DNA from: the human T2T-CHM13v2.0 reference genome, Homo sapiens
Assembly (NCBI RefSeq): GCF_009914755.1
Contig: NC_060937.1
Strand: one strand, 5' to 3'
DNA: 64,000 nucleotides
Positions 1 through 13,797 of the stretch are shown in pieces; the first letter of the stretch is position 1, and every line of letters begins with the position of its first letter. The notes under the pieces were generated by a model. It was not told the DNA's origin. It worked only from the letters and a program-made list of their open reading frames with translations, and did not search any database. A program made the position numbers and the translations under genes.

Positions 1-559
1 GCTTAGTCTACCTCATCAGGAAAGTACTAATAGCTTCACTTCTATGATAAAAAATGAGTTATTTTTGAGATTATAGATCAAAGCTATTAAATCAATCAAT
101 ATAAAAGCCAATGAGTAGTCAGAGAAGGGCTTTAGTGCTCAGTAAACATCCTCCCTTCTCTATCAGTCATATCTACAGTAATGAATCAGAGAGAAAGCAT
201 TTGACCCAGCAAAATTTACTCCCCTGTCTGAATCGTGATTTCTACAGTTCTGATCCTCAGAGAGCAAGCCACGTAGATTTTTTTTCTTTTTTCTGTTTCC
301 ATGCCCAGTTCTTTCAATCTTTGTTCACTGCATCGTGACTGAGGATGTCATACAGTCTACTAGATAAGCATGTGATTCACTTTTCATATATTAAGATCTC
401 TCAGCTTTCCTTCAGCTTTATGGGAGTGGAAGGGAGGGGGATTATATTTTATTTCTTATTCCAGTAGCTCCTGAGTGTTGATAATTAGGTTTGGCTGTGA
501 ATCTTGTGAAGTGTGAGAAATAAGCTATGAATTGTCATAATAAAAACAATTGGCAACAT

Positions 560-740
560 TTAATATTTATTATTTTCTGAGCACTAACTCCTTTAATCCT
601 CCCACAATCCCATGAGAATTGCTATATCCTTGTTGCAGAGATAAAGAAGAATCTTAGGGACAGGAGACCCCAGGCAATGGCACATGCTAATAGTGAGAGA
701 GATAGGACTTGAACTTGAGAACTGATTGGAGCCTGCTCAA
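560..740 (-). mobile_element. MIR fragment
   Basis: Degenerate MIR core (tttaatcctcccacaatccc...gataggacttgaac). Confidence 0.5.
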
Positions 741-747
741 TCAGTTG

Positions 748-845
748 TAGTAATAATGATAGTAATAATGATAATACTAATAACATAGTAACAATGATAA
801 CAGTGTAATATTGTAGTAATAATGATAATAGTGTAATACTATGCC
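748..845. repeat. (TAA/TGA/TAG)n low-complexity tract
   Basis: tagtaataatgatagtaataatgataatactaataac... Confidence 0.7.
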
Positions 846-849
846 AAAT

Positions 850-1000
850 ACAATGAAATGGAAAGAGAATGGCATGGGGTTCAAAGTCTGCAATATGGGT
901 TCAGGTTAAAGTCATGACCAAACTAGTAGTGTGACCTTGAGCAAGTTATTTAACTTGGCTAAGCCTCAGTTTCCTCCTTTGAAAAATGGATTTAGTAATA
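850..1000 (+). mobile_element. MIR fragment
   Basis: gtgtgaccttgagcaagttatttaac...gcctcagtttcctcctttgaaaaatgg is the MIR core. Confidence 0.75.
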
Positions 1001-1339
1001 CAAGGGCAGGTAACAGGCTTGTCTTCCTTGAATGCCTGTTGTCCCTCTGCTGTGTTTCCTTTCCCTCTACTCACAACTTTCTCCCTACCTCCTTGGATCC
1101 CCTTCCCTTTCCTGCATGCATTCATTTTGAAGCTCAACTCATTATACAGCTAAAGTGCTAGAGAAAACCTGTAAATGGCCAAGGTTGTGCTACACACTCT
1201 ATGATGGGCACTAAAAACCAGCAATCAATAAGAGTGAGGTTAGGGGATAGTCTTAAATTATGCAGAGAAGCATTATTTATTGAACTTGTTATTCTGCAGA
1301 TTTGCATTTCCCAATGTGTATTTTTTATATTAACAGGAG

Positions 1340-1696
1340 TGTATTAGTCCGTTTTCATGCTGCTGATAAAGACATACCCAAGACTGGGCAATTTAGAAAA
1401 GAAGCAAGTTTATTTGGACTTACAGTTCCACGTGGCTGGGGAAGCCTCACAATCATGGTGGAAGGCAAGGAGGAGCAAGTCACATCTTACATGGATGGCA
1501 GCTGGCAAGGATAGAAAGCTCATGCAGGGGAACTCTTCTTTTTAAAACCATCAGATCTTGTGAGACTTATTCACTGTCATGAGAACAGCACGGGAAAGAC
1601 TTGCCCCCATGATTCAATTACCTCCCACCAGATCCCTCCCACAACAGGTGGGAATTCAAGATGAGATTTGGGTGGGAACAGAGCCAAACCATATAA
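1340..1696 (-). mobile_element. THE1B-like MaLR LTR (3' LTR)
   Basis: Reverse complement of the THE1 LTR: tgtattagtccgttttcatgctgctgataaagacatacc...gagatttgggtggg...gccaaaccatat. Confidence 0.9.
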
Positions 1697-2143
1697 TTCC
1701 ACCCCTGGCCCCTCCCAAATCTCATGTTCTTACACTTAAAAAGAAATCATGCCTTCCCAACAGTCCCCCAAATTCTTAATTCATTTCAGCATTAACTCAA
1801 AAGTCCACAGTTCAAAGTCTCATCCAAGACAAGGCAAGTCCCTTCCACCTATGAGCCTGTAAAATCAAAAGCAGGTTAGTTACTTCCTAGATACAGTGGA
1901 GGTACAGGCAGTGGGAGAAGTTGGCCAAAACAAAGGGGCTACAGGCCCCATGCAAGTTGGAAATCCAGCAGGGTAGTCAAATCTTAAAGTTCCGAAATGA
2001 TCTCCCTTGACTCTATGTCTCACATCCAGGTCATGCTGATGCAAGGGGGTGAGTTCCCATGGTCTTGAACAGCTCTGCCCCTGTGGTTTTGCAGGGTACA
2101 GCCTCCTTCCCAGCTGCTTTCAAGGACTGGTGTTGAGTCCGTG
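1697..2143 (-). mobile_element. THE1 internal sequence, truncated
   Basis: Polypurine tract (rc of attccacccctggcccctccc) next to the LTR, then typical THE1-int sequence ending abruptly at ~2143. Confidence 0.85.
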
Positions 2144-3384
2144 AAATTAAGTTTGGAGATAAACAAAATTAAACTTTTGTTTCTTGCAGGACTTCTCAAA
2201 GCCTTTAATATGCTCATGTGCAATGTGAATCTCCAAGTGGACAATGTAGTATGCATTGATTCCCACATAAGCCCAAAGGGGAATTCTTTTTTATTTTCCG
2301 AGATCATGTTGTGGGACCATTATTTAGCAGGAAAACGATGAGAAAGACTTGGACAGGAATAGTGCCAATTAATAGATGTAGGAATCAATGATTGAGGATC
2401 ATTATTGTGACTTAGGCAGGGGACAACATACCTCTGATTCCTTTGTAGGGCTGGAACTTGAGCCTTTTGTGGAACCCACAGCTTGGCCCAGATTGTACAA
2501 TAGAACTGGATAGTTCCTAGAACTACAAAAGTAAAAGCTGATTCATGGATTTCTCTAATCAATCTCCCGGGGTGTAGAAACCCTAGTCCCTAGTCTTTAC
2601 CCTATTACAGGCCATGTAAAAAAAGTCTCAGTGGTAGATGCATGTGGGTCAGGGACTTGAGAAATTTGGAAAAATAATGACAAAACTAGGAAAGAGCCAG
2701 GGCAGAAACACAAAGATTATCCAAAGGTGAGAAGCTCCTAATAATGAGATCAACCTCTAATAACATTCACCTTCCTCAACCCTAACCTTAATCTAAAGAT
2801 GTTAACTGGGCAGATGTGTACAGTTGAGTAGGTTGTGTACTATACAACTCCAGCAGTACATATACTTCAAGAATGTGGACTGTAGAATGGTAAGTATGAC
2901 CTAAATAATGCTCTAGAGATTTTCTGCATGCAACCTTCATGGTCATACACAGTGGCCCTGGACATAAACTCAGCAATTAAGTAAACTGAGAATGTACACT
3001 TAAAAATTATTATTTTGATCAAACTGTGAGTGGTTTTTATATCCAACAGAGTTCTTAAATGCGGGGGCAAACAAATCAAACTGGCCAGCCAACCAGCTAA
3101 AAAGGTACAATAAATGAATTCAAAATCCTTGAAAGACATGATTTGGGTAATTATATTTTAAATTAAATCCCTATATTTCCTTTAAAATATTGCAGGAAGT
3201 TCTCTGTTTTCTACTTCGAGGATAATGTCACCCATTATTATTTTCTTCTATATAAACAAGAGAACCCACCAAAATTTGCCAGCTTGCCAACTCCCTGTCA
3301 AAACATGTTAATAGAGTACGAATCTTTGCTCCACTTTTAGGATTAGACTGTGAGTATTTGCCCCACTAAGAGGCCTAAATTTTA

Positions 3385-3540
3385 CACAGAATCCACTTCA
3401 GCCACTAGGTTCTTTAGAGACCCAGGATTAAGTCTTTAACCTGATGTGCCTCAACTTCTCTACTTGTAAAGTGAAGGTAAAGAAAGTGACTTCCCAGATT
3501 GAGTGAGTATGAAGTGATAAATTATTGCAAAGTAGTGTTC
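3385..3540 (+). mobile_element. MIR fragment
   Basis: tgcctcaacttctctacttgtaaagtgaaggtaa-like MIR core. Confidence 0.45.
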
Positions 3541-3822
3541 AAAGGAGAGTGTGCAATTAATGCTTTATAATAATCTTTCCAATATTGAAGACATAAAGAT
3601 AAATTAGTTAGCCCCTTTGTCTTCTTTGAGAACGATGATAAAACCCTTATTTGGGTGTCAGTGAGTCTAATTAAGGCAATTAATACTTATTAGTTTATAC
3701 ACTATGAAAAATGTGTACTCATTGCTCATTTGGTAAAATTTCTAGTTTTCTAGAAGTTTGATGAACTTTTTGTTTGGCTATTGTCAATATTAAAAAGTTC
3801 TTTAAAAAAAGACACTGACTTC

Positions 3823-4129
<307 letters not shown>

Positions 4130-4588
4130 GACATTGACTTTTAACCAAAAAAACCCAAAGTGTCCTCAGTATATTTAAATGTGAAATCTTAAGAACAGAG
4201 ATTTTTTTCTAAGTGTGGTCCAAAGTATTAGCTCAGTGATGTTACATAACTCAGAGTATGTATCTATAAAGCAAGGTTATAAATGCTTAATTATGTTAAA
4301 AATAACTTTAAGATTCAAATAGATTAAAAATGTCATATGTGTTTCTTAGTCAGGGACCCAGCAAATTGAGAACTTTTAAAATTACTTTTAGAACATGACG
4401 GTTAGTGTGTGATGAAAGCTTATAAAGGAAGTCTTTGTCTTTGTGGCATAGCTTGTGGTTTTGAAAACGGAGAGCCTGATTTTACCAAAGTGTAGTATGT
4501 ATGTGGATAGTTTTCTATTCATTGACAGTGAATTTTTCATATTGATATATACAAATTTTATAACTATACATAAACACAATTTAAATGA

Positions 4589-5002
<414 letters not shown>

Positions 5003-6394
5003 TGAAAGGGTAGCAGGGAGAGGAAGGCAGGGGTTGGGTGGGGTGAGGGAAGGGGTGAGGTACATAACATTTGATGCATGATCTGACACCCTATGAGAAT
5101 CCTCATTGAAATTTTGAGGAGCCACAAACTTCCAGGGAGTTAAAATCTTTTCTGTCTTTTACAAAAGTAAGCCTTGTCTTGCTGTCTGCTTCCTCATCTT
5201 CAAATAAGAAGCTAGGGTGTAGATGAAAGATTTCTTCTAGCCCTAGGATCCATGATTGTAAGCTCACCATAATCGTCTCAGGATTGGACTGCTTTGCGAA
5301 ATAAAATCATTCTATTTGTAAGTGATTAGGCTTGTTGGAGAGGTTGGCAATCCCATGGGTTGGGGGTATAGAGCAGGAGTGTGTGGGCCTGAGCTTGAGA
5401 GAGACGAGGGTTGCAGGCAAAGCTGCAGCAAAAACTGGAGTAGAAAAAGCACAATTCTCATTTTGTTTTGCTGTGGAAAAGGGACCTGCTAACAGAGTTC
5501 AAGATTAGAATGACTCAGTGAATATTTAAGTATGGTTATTTCTTCCTTTTTCATTAAGCCTTCTAAATGCAGAGATCTATAAAGCTGTGGCTTGAGATTT
5601 TAGAGAAAGAATGCAGTGACATGAGACCAAAATGATGTGAGGTGATGACATCAGCATCAGAATGCTGTTGCTAAGGTGAGCCTGTTTTTCTCTCTAATCC
5701 AGCTGGAAGGCAAAATAATTGCCCATTTCTGGTAAAGAATATACCCATGACATGATCCCTTTTCTGTAGCAGATAAAACAAAGCCAGATGCCTTCTCTTT
5801 GCACAAATTATTTTAAAAATAAAGATTAAAATTTCATTATAAAACATAGCACATGTCCTTGGGAGAATAGGCAGAACATTTTACGTAAGTTTGAAATTTT
5901 AATTTATCAAGACTATATGCCGAGATCTAAATGGATATCGGAATGAGTTAGTGTGATGAATCTACTGGGAAAGAGATAGCAGTATTTTGGATTTAGGGAA
6001 AGGGGAGATGGGGAAATATCTAAAGGTGTCAAAGAAAGATCTCCAAGCTTATGGTGGCTGATAGAGGGAAGAGAGTGAGGAAAGTCCTGGATTTGAAGAA
6101 AGACAGGCAGAAGCCACCGTGCTATGGCTCTTGATAATGGTGCCCTTTGTACAAAGAGAACAGTATCAGTGGAATTCAGAAACAAGGGGTGGGACTCAGG
6201 CAAACTAGAGGCCAAAGTGGTTGCATGCAGAAGTCCCTCCCACATGAACGTTTTCCAGAATTGCTCCTGGGGTTTGAATATTCTGCTTGGAACACACTTC
6301 TCCAGAGATTTCTATTCATTTGACAGTGGAAACACACTCCCTCACCCCTACATGTCTCTGTTCAGAGGGCGCTTTCTGCATGAGCCTGTCCTGG

Positions 6395-6446
6395 CCCCAC
6401 GGTAGAAGCCACAGCTACCCCCACAGTAGAAGCCACAGCTACCCCC
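6395..6446. repeat. 24-bp tandem duplication
   Basis: ccccacRgtagaagccacagctac x2, one mismatch. Confidence 0.9.
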
Positions 6447-6569
6447 TCCCAGCTCCACCTGATTGCCTGATCCCCTCTACCAGGCCCAAATTCTCCTTTT
6501 CCTTTTACTTTTTTCTTTGCACTTAGCACCTTCTGATTTGCCATATAATTTTTCTATTACATTTAGAGC

Positions 6570-6770
6570 CAGTGAGGTGTCGCAGTAGAGAACATGGCCT
6601 CTGAAGCCAGCCTGCCTGGGGCAAATGGGCTGCACCACCTGCCAGCTGTGCGACCCTGGAAAGGTTACTTAATCATTCAGGTGTTTTCCCATCTGTAAAC
6701 CTGAGATAATAATAGTGTCATGGATTTCACACAATAGCATTGTGCTTGACTCAGTATAATCACTATGTAC
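6570..6770 (+). mobile_element. MIR, within L2 3'-end remnants (~6340-6870)
   Basis: agctgtgcgaccctggaaaggttacttaatc...ttttcccatctgtaaacctgagataataatag. Confidence 0.75.
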
Positions 6771-7365
6771 ATATTTAATAAATAGATGTCTCTCCTTGTC
6801 GTCAACACTATGTGAGCACCCCAGAAGTGCTTGTCATGAGTAGCATTTGATGGAGGAAAGAGATGAGTAACACATTTTCCAGAAATTGATGTTTTCGCTG
6901 AAACATGGAATTTAGACAGGGTTAAGCTTTGGAAGGGTAGTTATGCCCATAGGTCACTAGACAGCTACCAAGGGCCCTCTACTGGTCAGAAAAACCCGGG
7001 CAAATCTTCTCTAAGATTTGCCTGAGGAGAAAGGCTACTGTGAAGATCTGGTCCAGACAGGAGATCCTGGAGCCACAGGGACTTCCCAGATAACCATGGT
7101 TGTGAGAAACAAATAGAAAGTAGCATTGAGGTGTGCTAGATGCCTCAAGTTAGTAAAGCTAAGGACCTCAGTCAAGTAAGAACATATAGCATCAAATAAA
7201 AGAGGTTGAGTTGAATGAGGTTGAATAGAGGTGACAAAGAAAGATCTAGAAGCTATGGTTGTTGACAGAAGAGAGTGAGGGAAGTTCTGAATGTGAAGAA
7301 AGATAGGCAGAAGCAGAGATGGACACGGTCTAATGAACAGGAAAAAAAAACCATTTTACCTGGGC

Positions 7366-7640
7366 CAGAGTTTTCCAAAATAAAACCCCCAAGAACACCA
7401 TACTAGTTAGATTTCTTTTTTTAAGTAAAAGAGCCTCTGGTAAAATTAATTCTCAGACACAGTGAACTAGAAAACCCCGTCTTGGAAATTTGCAATGCAC
7501 ATTCCCAGAATCAAGGCTCTGAGAGGTCCTTCGGTAAAAACACACATTTAATGAGTGATTTCAACGGTTTCCAAACTTAGCCCTGGGTCCTTTTCTTCAG
7601 AAACATTTGAGATGAGTGCCCAGAGATCTCACTTTGGGGA
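7366..7640. mobile_element. hAT-Charlie non-autonomous element (MER-type)
   Basis: cagagttttccaaa...cactttgggga termini with internal aatgcacatt...aaggctctgagaggtcc and tttccaaactt motifs; exact family uncertain. Confidence 0.55.
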
Positions 7641-9298
7641 TCATGTGAAATAATGTGAGATTCTCGGGGTCCCATCTACATCTTGCTTATCTTTACATCA
7701 TGAATGTTTCAATTGGGACCAACATGTAGCAAGTCACGTGATAAACCCTAATCAGATGAGTGAACAAGTGGATCTAGGTAGGGTGGTGATCCTAAAATAA
7801 ACAGAAAGAGATGGAGAGGGGAATAGGAGCACTGACAAGTCTTTCCTTCAGGAACGGTATATTGTAGTAAATCAAAACCAGTTGCATTTAATTTTTAAAG
7901 TCAAGATTGTCATCACACTACAATAACACACATGCTATATGCTTCATCTATTCCCCACGTCCATTCCATACTCCCTGTTGGAGATGACAATGTCTTCATC
8001 AGGCAGCAGGCTCACATACTTCCACTGCTACAGAGACTCCTACAATCTCACCACAGTCTTGTGCTAGAACCCACCCACTTCTGAACCGTTGAAGAACAAG
8101 TTACGTTATTCTCATTCCATTAAAGAAAAGGTTATTAAAGACCCTTTGATTCCATTAAAAACTCTTTGTAGGGATCTAAGCTGCTCATCAAGCATCAAAG
8201 AAATAGAAAATCCTGATTCTGCCATAGCATACACTATTTGGTGACACCAAAGTGATACTCTCAATTGGTAGTTTTGACTTTTCGACTCTTTCCTGGTTTT
8301 TTAAAACTTGGCTTTAATGACCCTTGGAAGTCCCTTAGAAATGCCACATTAGCTTTGATCCTTGGCCTTGTGTCTCAAACCCAATTTCCTACTCATCCTG
8401 TACCATATTTCAGTCCTGCTAAATTTTGTTTAACAAATATTTATTGTCAGTCCCATATGTTGGGTACTGGACAACCAGTAATGAGTATCAAGTAGATTAT
8501 AAATTTTGACAAAAGGCAGTAAATGCTCCAGAAACAAAAGGAAAAGTATAGCACATGAGTGTATGTCCTTCCATCCGATAGCCACTGGACCCATGTTCAG
8601 CCTGGCCCCTCAGTCAGAAGGTGGGCAGAAGGTTATAGACAGAAAAATCTTACTTTCAAGTATCCCAACAGGAGGGAGATCACAGCCCTCACCTGCAGCT
8701 TAGAGACCCACCTTTCAGGCTTGGACATTCTCTGTCAGAAACACCACTTTCATAGAAGGAGGTGGAGAAGGGGCTGAGAATACTCATCCTTTATTATAGG
8801 AGAAAGGGCGAATTCTAGTGAGCACAGTGACAGATGCACAGTGATCCCTCAGCCAGCCCAGAAGAATAGCAGTCAGGAGCTGCAAAAGAAGTCTGTAATT
8901 TTATTGAAGACAGTGACAGGGGAAATGCTCATTGCTGCTTCCTCTTTGTGCTTATATTTACAATTCACCATTTGGAAAGGTGGATGATCCTGGCAAGTTC
9001 CCAGGCCCATCAACTGTGGGCAGATCACTCAGCCCCTGCCTCAGAGTGTTCTTTCTTTGGCCCAGAGAACATCTGCAATCCTGGAGAACCATAGGCTTCG
9101 CCCCCATCTCCAACGCTTGGAGGATTTCACATGACCACAGCTTAAGGGCTGGGCATGTCCTGTAACCTTTGACCTGACCTCCTCTCTGCGACTTCAAATG
9201 CCCTTAGGCCTGGGTCAGGAGGCATGATATGACCATCAAACCAGAAAAACAATGAGACAGTTAACATTGGCCAAACTATTGGGACTTTTGCCTTAGTG

Positions 9299-9857
9299 CC
9301 ATGGTTCCCAAACCATGCTCTCAGGCACCCTAGGAAACTGTAGTGAATTCACTGGGGTTCCATGGGCTGCTGTACATTTTCTAAGGAAATACAGCAATAT
9401 TCATCATCTGTCAGACACTGTGCGACCTACTAGCTCAAGGTAATTCATGATTTCAATAGAATCACACTTTGTTCCTTTTGATGGTAACATATATCTTTGC
9501 AAAGCTGGGTTTTTAGTAGTTGTTAAGCTGATAAAACAAGTACCATGCAAGAAGCAATGTGGAACAGGAAATGAGAGTTGTGGTTGCAAACTGATTTCAA
9601 GCTTTGAGATAGGCATGCTACAATCCATTAAAAACTAATTCGAGTTAAGCATGTAAGAAAAATGTTTTTTTTCAAATATTTTGCATTAACTTTTCATATA
9701 ACTCCTTACTTGTTAAAACATAAGCACTTACTAAGGTATTTGGATATAGCTATTTAATAAATGGAACAATTAGGTATTATTTTTGGCCTAGGGACACAGT
9801 GAAAAAAATTATGGAATACCAAGAGTGTCATGAAGCAAGGAAGTTTGGAAATCTCTA
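9299..9857 (+). mobile_element. hAT-Charlie element (Charlie7/MER119-like) with transposase C-terminal remnant
   Basis: TIRs ccatggttcccaaac / gtttggaaatctcta; degenerate 8-bp TSD ccttagtg / ctttagtt; translates to FVPF...YLCKAGF and, frameshifted, KYHARSNVEQEMRVVVAN, resembling the hAT dimerisation motif. Confidence 0.8.
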
Positions 9858-10860
9858 CTTTAGTTATCACTTTTTTGGCATACAGAAATCACTCTCACTA
9901 GGATTCTAAGCCCTAAGGGCTATGATGATGTTGATAATGATAATAGTAGCAGTAAAAATAGTGGCTAACAGACATTGAGCACTGCTATGTACCATGTTCT
10001 ATGCTAAGGGAGTCTCACACATGATTTCATTTACATGCTTTATGCAATTTGCTTCCTCCTATTTTCCTTAACCCAGAAAATGTTAGTCCTAATTTTCCCA
10101 TCTTCTGCCTCTAGACCTACTGGAGAAAAATTAAAAACCAGTTGACATTTCTTGCGATAAATTCAGGAAAAAACACCATAACTTTTTTTTTCTGAAAATT
10201 ATAAAACCAATTTTCTATTCCCTGCTGCATTTTCAACCAACATGTTAAAAAAAATACTAATCTCTTCGAAAGTATGTAAATTTTCTCCAGAATCCTAAAT
10301 AGAAATCAATCAACCAAAATGAATTCAGCACCACTCCATGTTCGGCATTGTGGATGACGAAAAGTACTTTAATGCAAGGTCTGTACCCTCAGGGGGCTTA
10401 TGATTTGGTTTATACATGAAATAACTAGAAAAAAAAGTAAAAAATAGCAGTACATACTAAAGGACAAAGAGGCGGGATAGGCTTGAAACATTATGTTGAG
10501 AGAGAAATAAGCCCTAAGATTGAATAATCACAGACCAGGCCCGTCAGCAACTTACCTTTCTGTCTCATCTCTCTCTTGCTATGAACAACTTTTTCTTCCT
10601 TTCTAGGGACCAGGCCATCTCTTCCAGTAAACCAAACACTACCATCTGTCCTAAGACACCTATCCTTTTCTATTCAAAGGGAGACTCTGTTTCTCAGGAA
10701 ATCACCATGATTTTAAACATCATCAAACATTAATTTTCTCCTTGACTATAAGCTTGCTAACTTTGGTATGCCCAGCAAAGGAGATTACTTCATAACTGCA
10801 TTGTGCCTTTCAGCTTTTATGCATTGCTTCTTTTCCTTCTCCGGTCCAACTTTAAATTCG

Positions 10861-11203
10861 TGCATGTGTGCTTGTGTGTGTGTGTGCATGCATGGATATA
10901 TATTATTACATATGTAGTATATTTACACATACATAGAGTATAATATATAATACACATATAATGTATAATATGCATATTATATACATAATATAAAATGTAT
11001 ACATAATACATAATATATACGTAATACATATTATAGAATATAGAATATACATATAACATAATATACACATAATATGTAATATATACATATATACACATAT
11101 GTGTTGTATATAATATATGATATATACATATCATATACAGTATGCATATAATATATAGTACACATATTATATATAATAATTATACATTATACATAATATA
11201 TAT
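10861..11203. repeat. (TG)n followed by degenerate (TA/CA)n AT-rich low-complexity tract
   Basis: Directly visible; source of the Y/I-rich spurious ORFs. Confidence 0.9.
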
Positions 11204-12156
11204 GTCTCTATGGCTTCTCTACCAATTTTTTTACTTAAGCCCTGTAACTGTCTTTATCACCTTATTACCAGTGCCATTTCCAAGTTTATCCATTTAACCA
11301 TTCAACAACTATTCAGAAAGTGTCTGCTATTATGCAATGCATGTTCTAGGCACTGGGGATAAACTGATGAATAGGAAAGACATGGTTCATTCCCTCATAG
11401 ATTCTAGCGAGGTACATAAACAAGCAAGACATGTTTACTATGTACTGTGACAATTGCTACGATGAATAAAATGTCAAGGTGCCGTGAGAGTCATGGTGGT
11501 CAAAGAAGGCTTCCTGGAGGAGGTGATGTGTACATTGGGTGTTGCTGGATAGAAAGATGTTAGATGGGTGTGAAAGGAATAGAAGATTTTTCATGAAGAA
11601 GGAATCCAGGCTCTAAATTAGAAAAGACATGACACACCTGAGGGACTAAAGTTAGTTTAATAATACTGGATGTAAAGGTAGGAAGGAAGTGACTTCAAGA
11701 GGAGGGTGAAAGAAGATAGTTGGGAACTAGTTAGGGGACTTCTCTGGAAGATAATGAGGAGACATGGAGTGAGTTTATGCATGTAAACATTTTTAAAAAG
11801 ATGATTTTGGCTGAGGTGTGGTAAATGGAGTGAAAGGTGAGGGGCAAAATTGGAGGCAGAGAGGTAAGGAACAGGTAAAAGGTGGTGGGGGGTTTAATTA
11901 GGGGCCCAACAGTAAAGATGGAGAGGAGTGGATAGATTCCAGAGACAGGAATTCACAGGGTGTGGGACCATTTGGTTGTTGGTGATGATAAAGAGTTAGG
12001 CATCAAAGATGGTGGCTCCATTTACCAAAGTGGGAAACGTAAGAGAAATGATGCTTTCACTTATTGAAATGGGAAATGATCAAATAAAAAATGATTTTAG
12101 TTTGGGACAAGGTAAAAATGAGTCATCTCTGGTACATTTAGGTGAAGAATTGGGCC

Positions 12157-12496
<340 letters not shown>

Positions 12497-13080
12497 CTAG
12501 AGGTCAAAAGAAAAGGATGGAGTGATAGATCTCGAATTTATCAAAGTGTACAAGACAACTGACAATTTCTATTGGGCAAATTCGAAGGTACTGTTTTGTA
12601 TTTTCTTTCCTCTGGCCACCTCCTTTACTTGAATATAGTTGATATCTTCTTGCTACTTGTTCTTTAGTTTCTCAAACATTCTGCTTTCTAGTTAGCATGT
12701 CATGACCTCAGGAAAAATTAAGCTTCTATCCAGAGTTTCCAGGAACTTATGTAGATATAGAAAAATAAGGAAAGAAGAAGGAGGAGGAGGAAAAGGAGAA
12801 AGAAGAGGAAGAAGAGAAAAAAGAAAAAAGATTAAGTCCAGCTTGGATCTGTAGGACATTGTACCCATCAATTAATTCATTTAACATACATGTGTTACGG
12901 AGCGCCTCCACCGTGTGCCACGAACATACTAGATTAGATGTTAGAGAGTCAATTGTGACTTCTGAGGCCAACAGTCTGGCTCAGAAGGTAGACCTTAAGT
13001 AAATAAATAACAATAACCAAATTAATGTATAACCATCCCCTGTAATAAGTGCTATGAAGCAAACAACATCCATAAACATT

Positions 13081-13245
13081 TTGGTGCTCAAAGAATAGTC
13101 CGTGGACAAGAGCCATCAGTGTCACCTGGGAGCTTGTTAGAAAAGCAGAATTTCAGTATCCACCCAAGAACTATGGAGATGGGATCTGCATTTTAACAAG
13201 ACCCCTGGGAGATTTGCATGCACATTAACATTTGAGATGCACTGC
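13081..13245. mobile_element. MER5A
   Basis: catcagtgtcacctgggagcttgttagaaaagcagaat...ctgcattttaacaagacccc...tttgagatgcactg. Confidence 0.8.
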
Positions 13246-13441
13246 TCTGGAGTTCACAGGGCTATGAGAGAAAACAAGAAGTAGATCTGAACTCATCCTG
13301 TGGGTCAGGGAAGGGTTCCCTGAACAGACGGCCTCTGGCTAAGCTAGAGAAGCAGGCAGGGGCTACATGGCACAGAGCCTCATGGGCCATGTTGAGGGCT
13401 TTTATCTTTTTCCTAAAAGCAATCTAAAGAGAGTTAAAGGT

Positions 13442-13797
13442 TGTCTTAGTCAACTCAGGCTGCCATAGACTGGGTGGCTTATACAACAGAAGTTTGTTTT
13501 CTCATAGTTCTGGAGGCTGAAAGTCCAACGTCAGAGTGCCAGCATGGTCAGGTTCTGGTGAGGTCTCTGTTCCTGGCTTGCAGAGAGCTGCTTTCTTGCT
13601 GTGTCTTCACATGGTAAAGGGAGAGAGAAACAGGCCTCTTTCTGGTGTCTCAGAAGAACACAAATCCCATCGTGAAGACTCCACCCTCACGACCTCATCT
13701 AAATTGCCTCCCAAAAGTCCCATCTCCAAATACCTTCCTATTGAGGGCTAGGACTTCCACATATAAATGTTAGGGGGACACAATTCAGTCCACAGCA
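13442..13797 (-). mobile_element. MLT1A-like solo LTR
   Basis: TG...CA termini, perfect 5-bp TSD AAGGT (13437-13441 / 13798-13802), MLT1 motif ctcatagttctggaggctgaaagtcc. Confidence 0.9.

Noticed and set aside
10817-11134. Tyr/Ile-rich ORFs
   Set aside because: Artefact of the (TA)n low-complexity tract.
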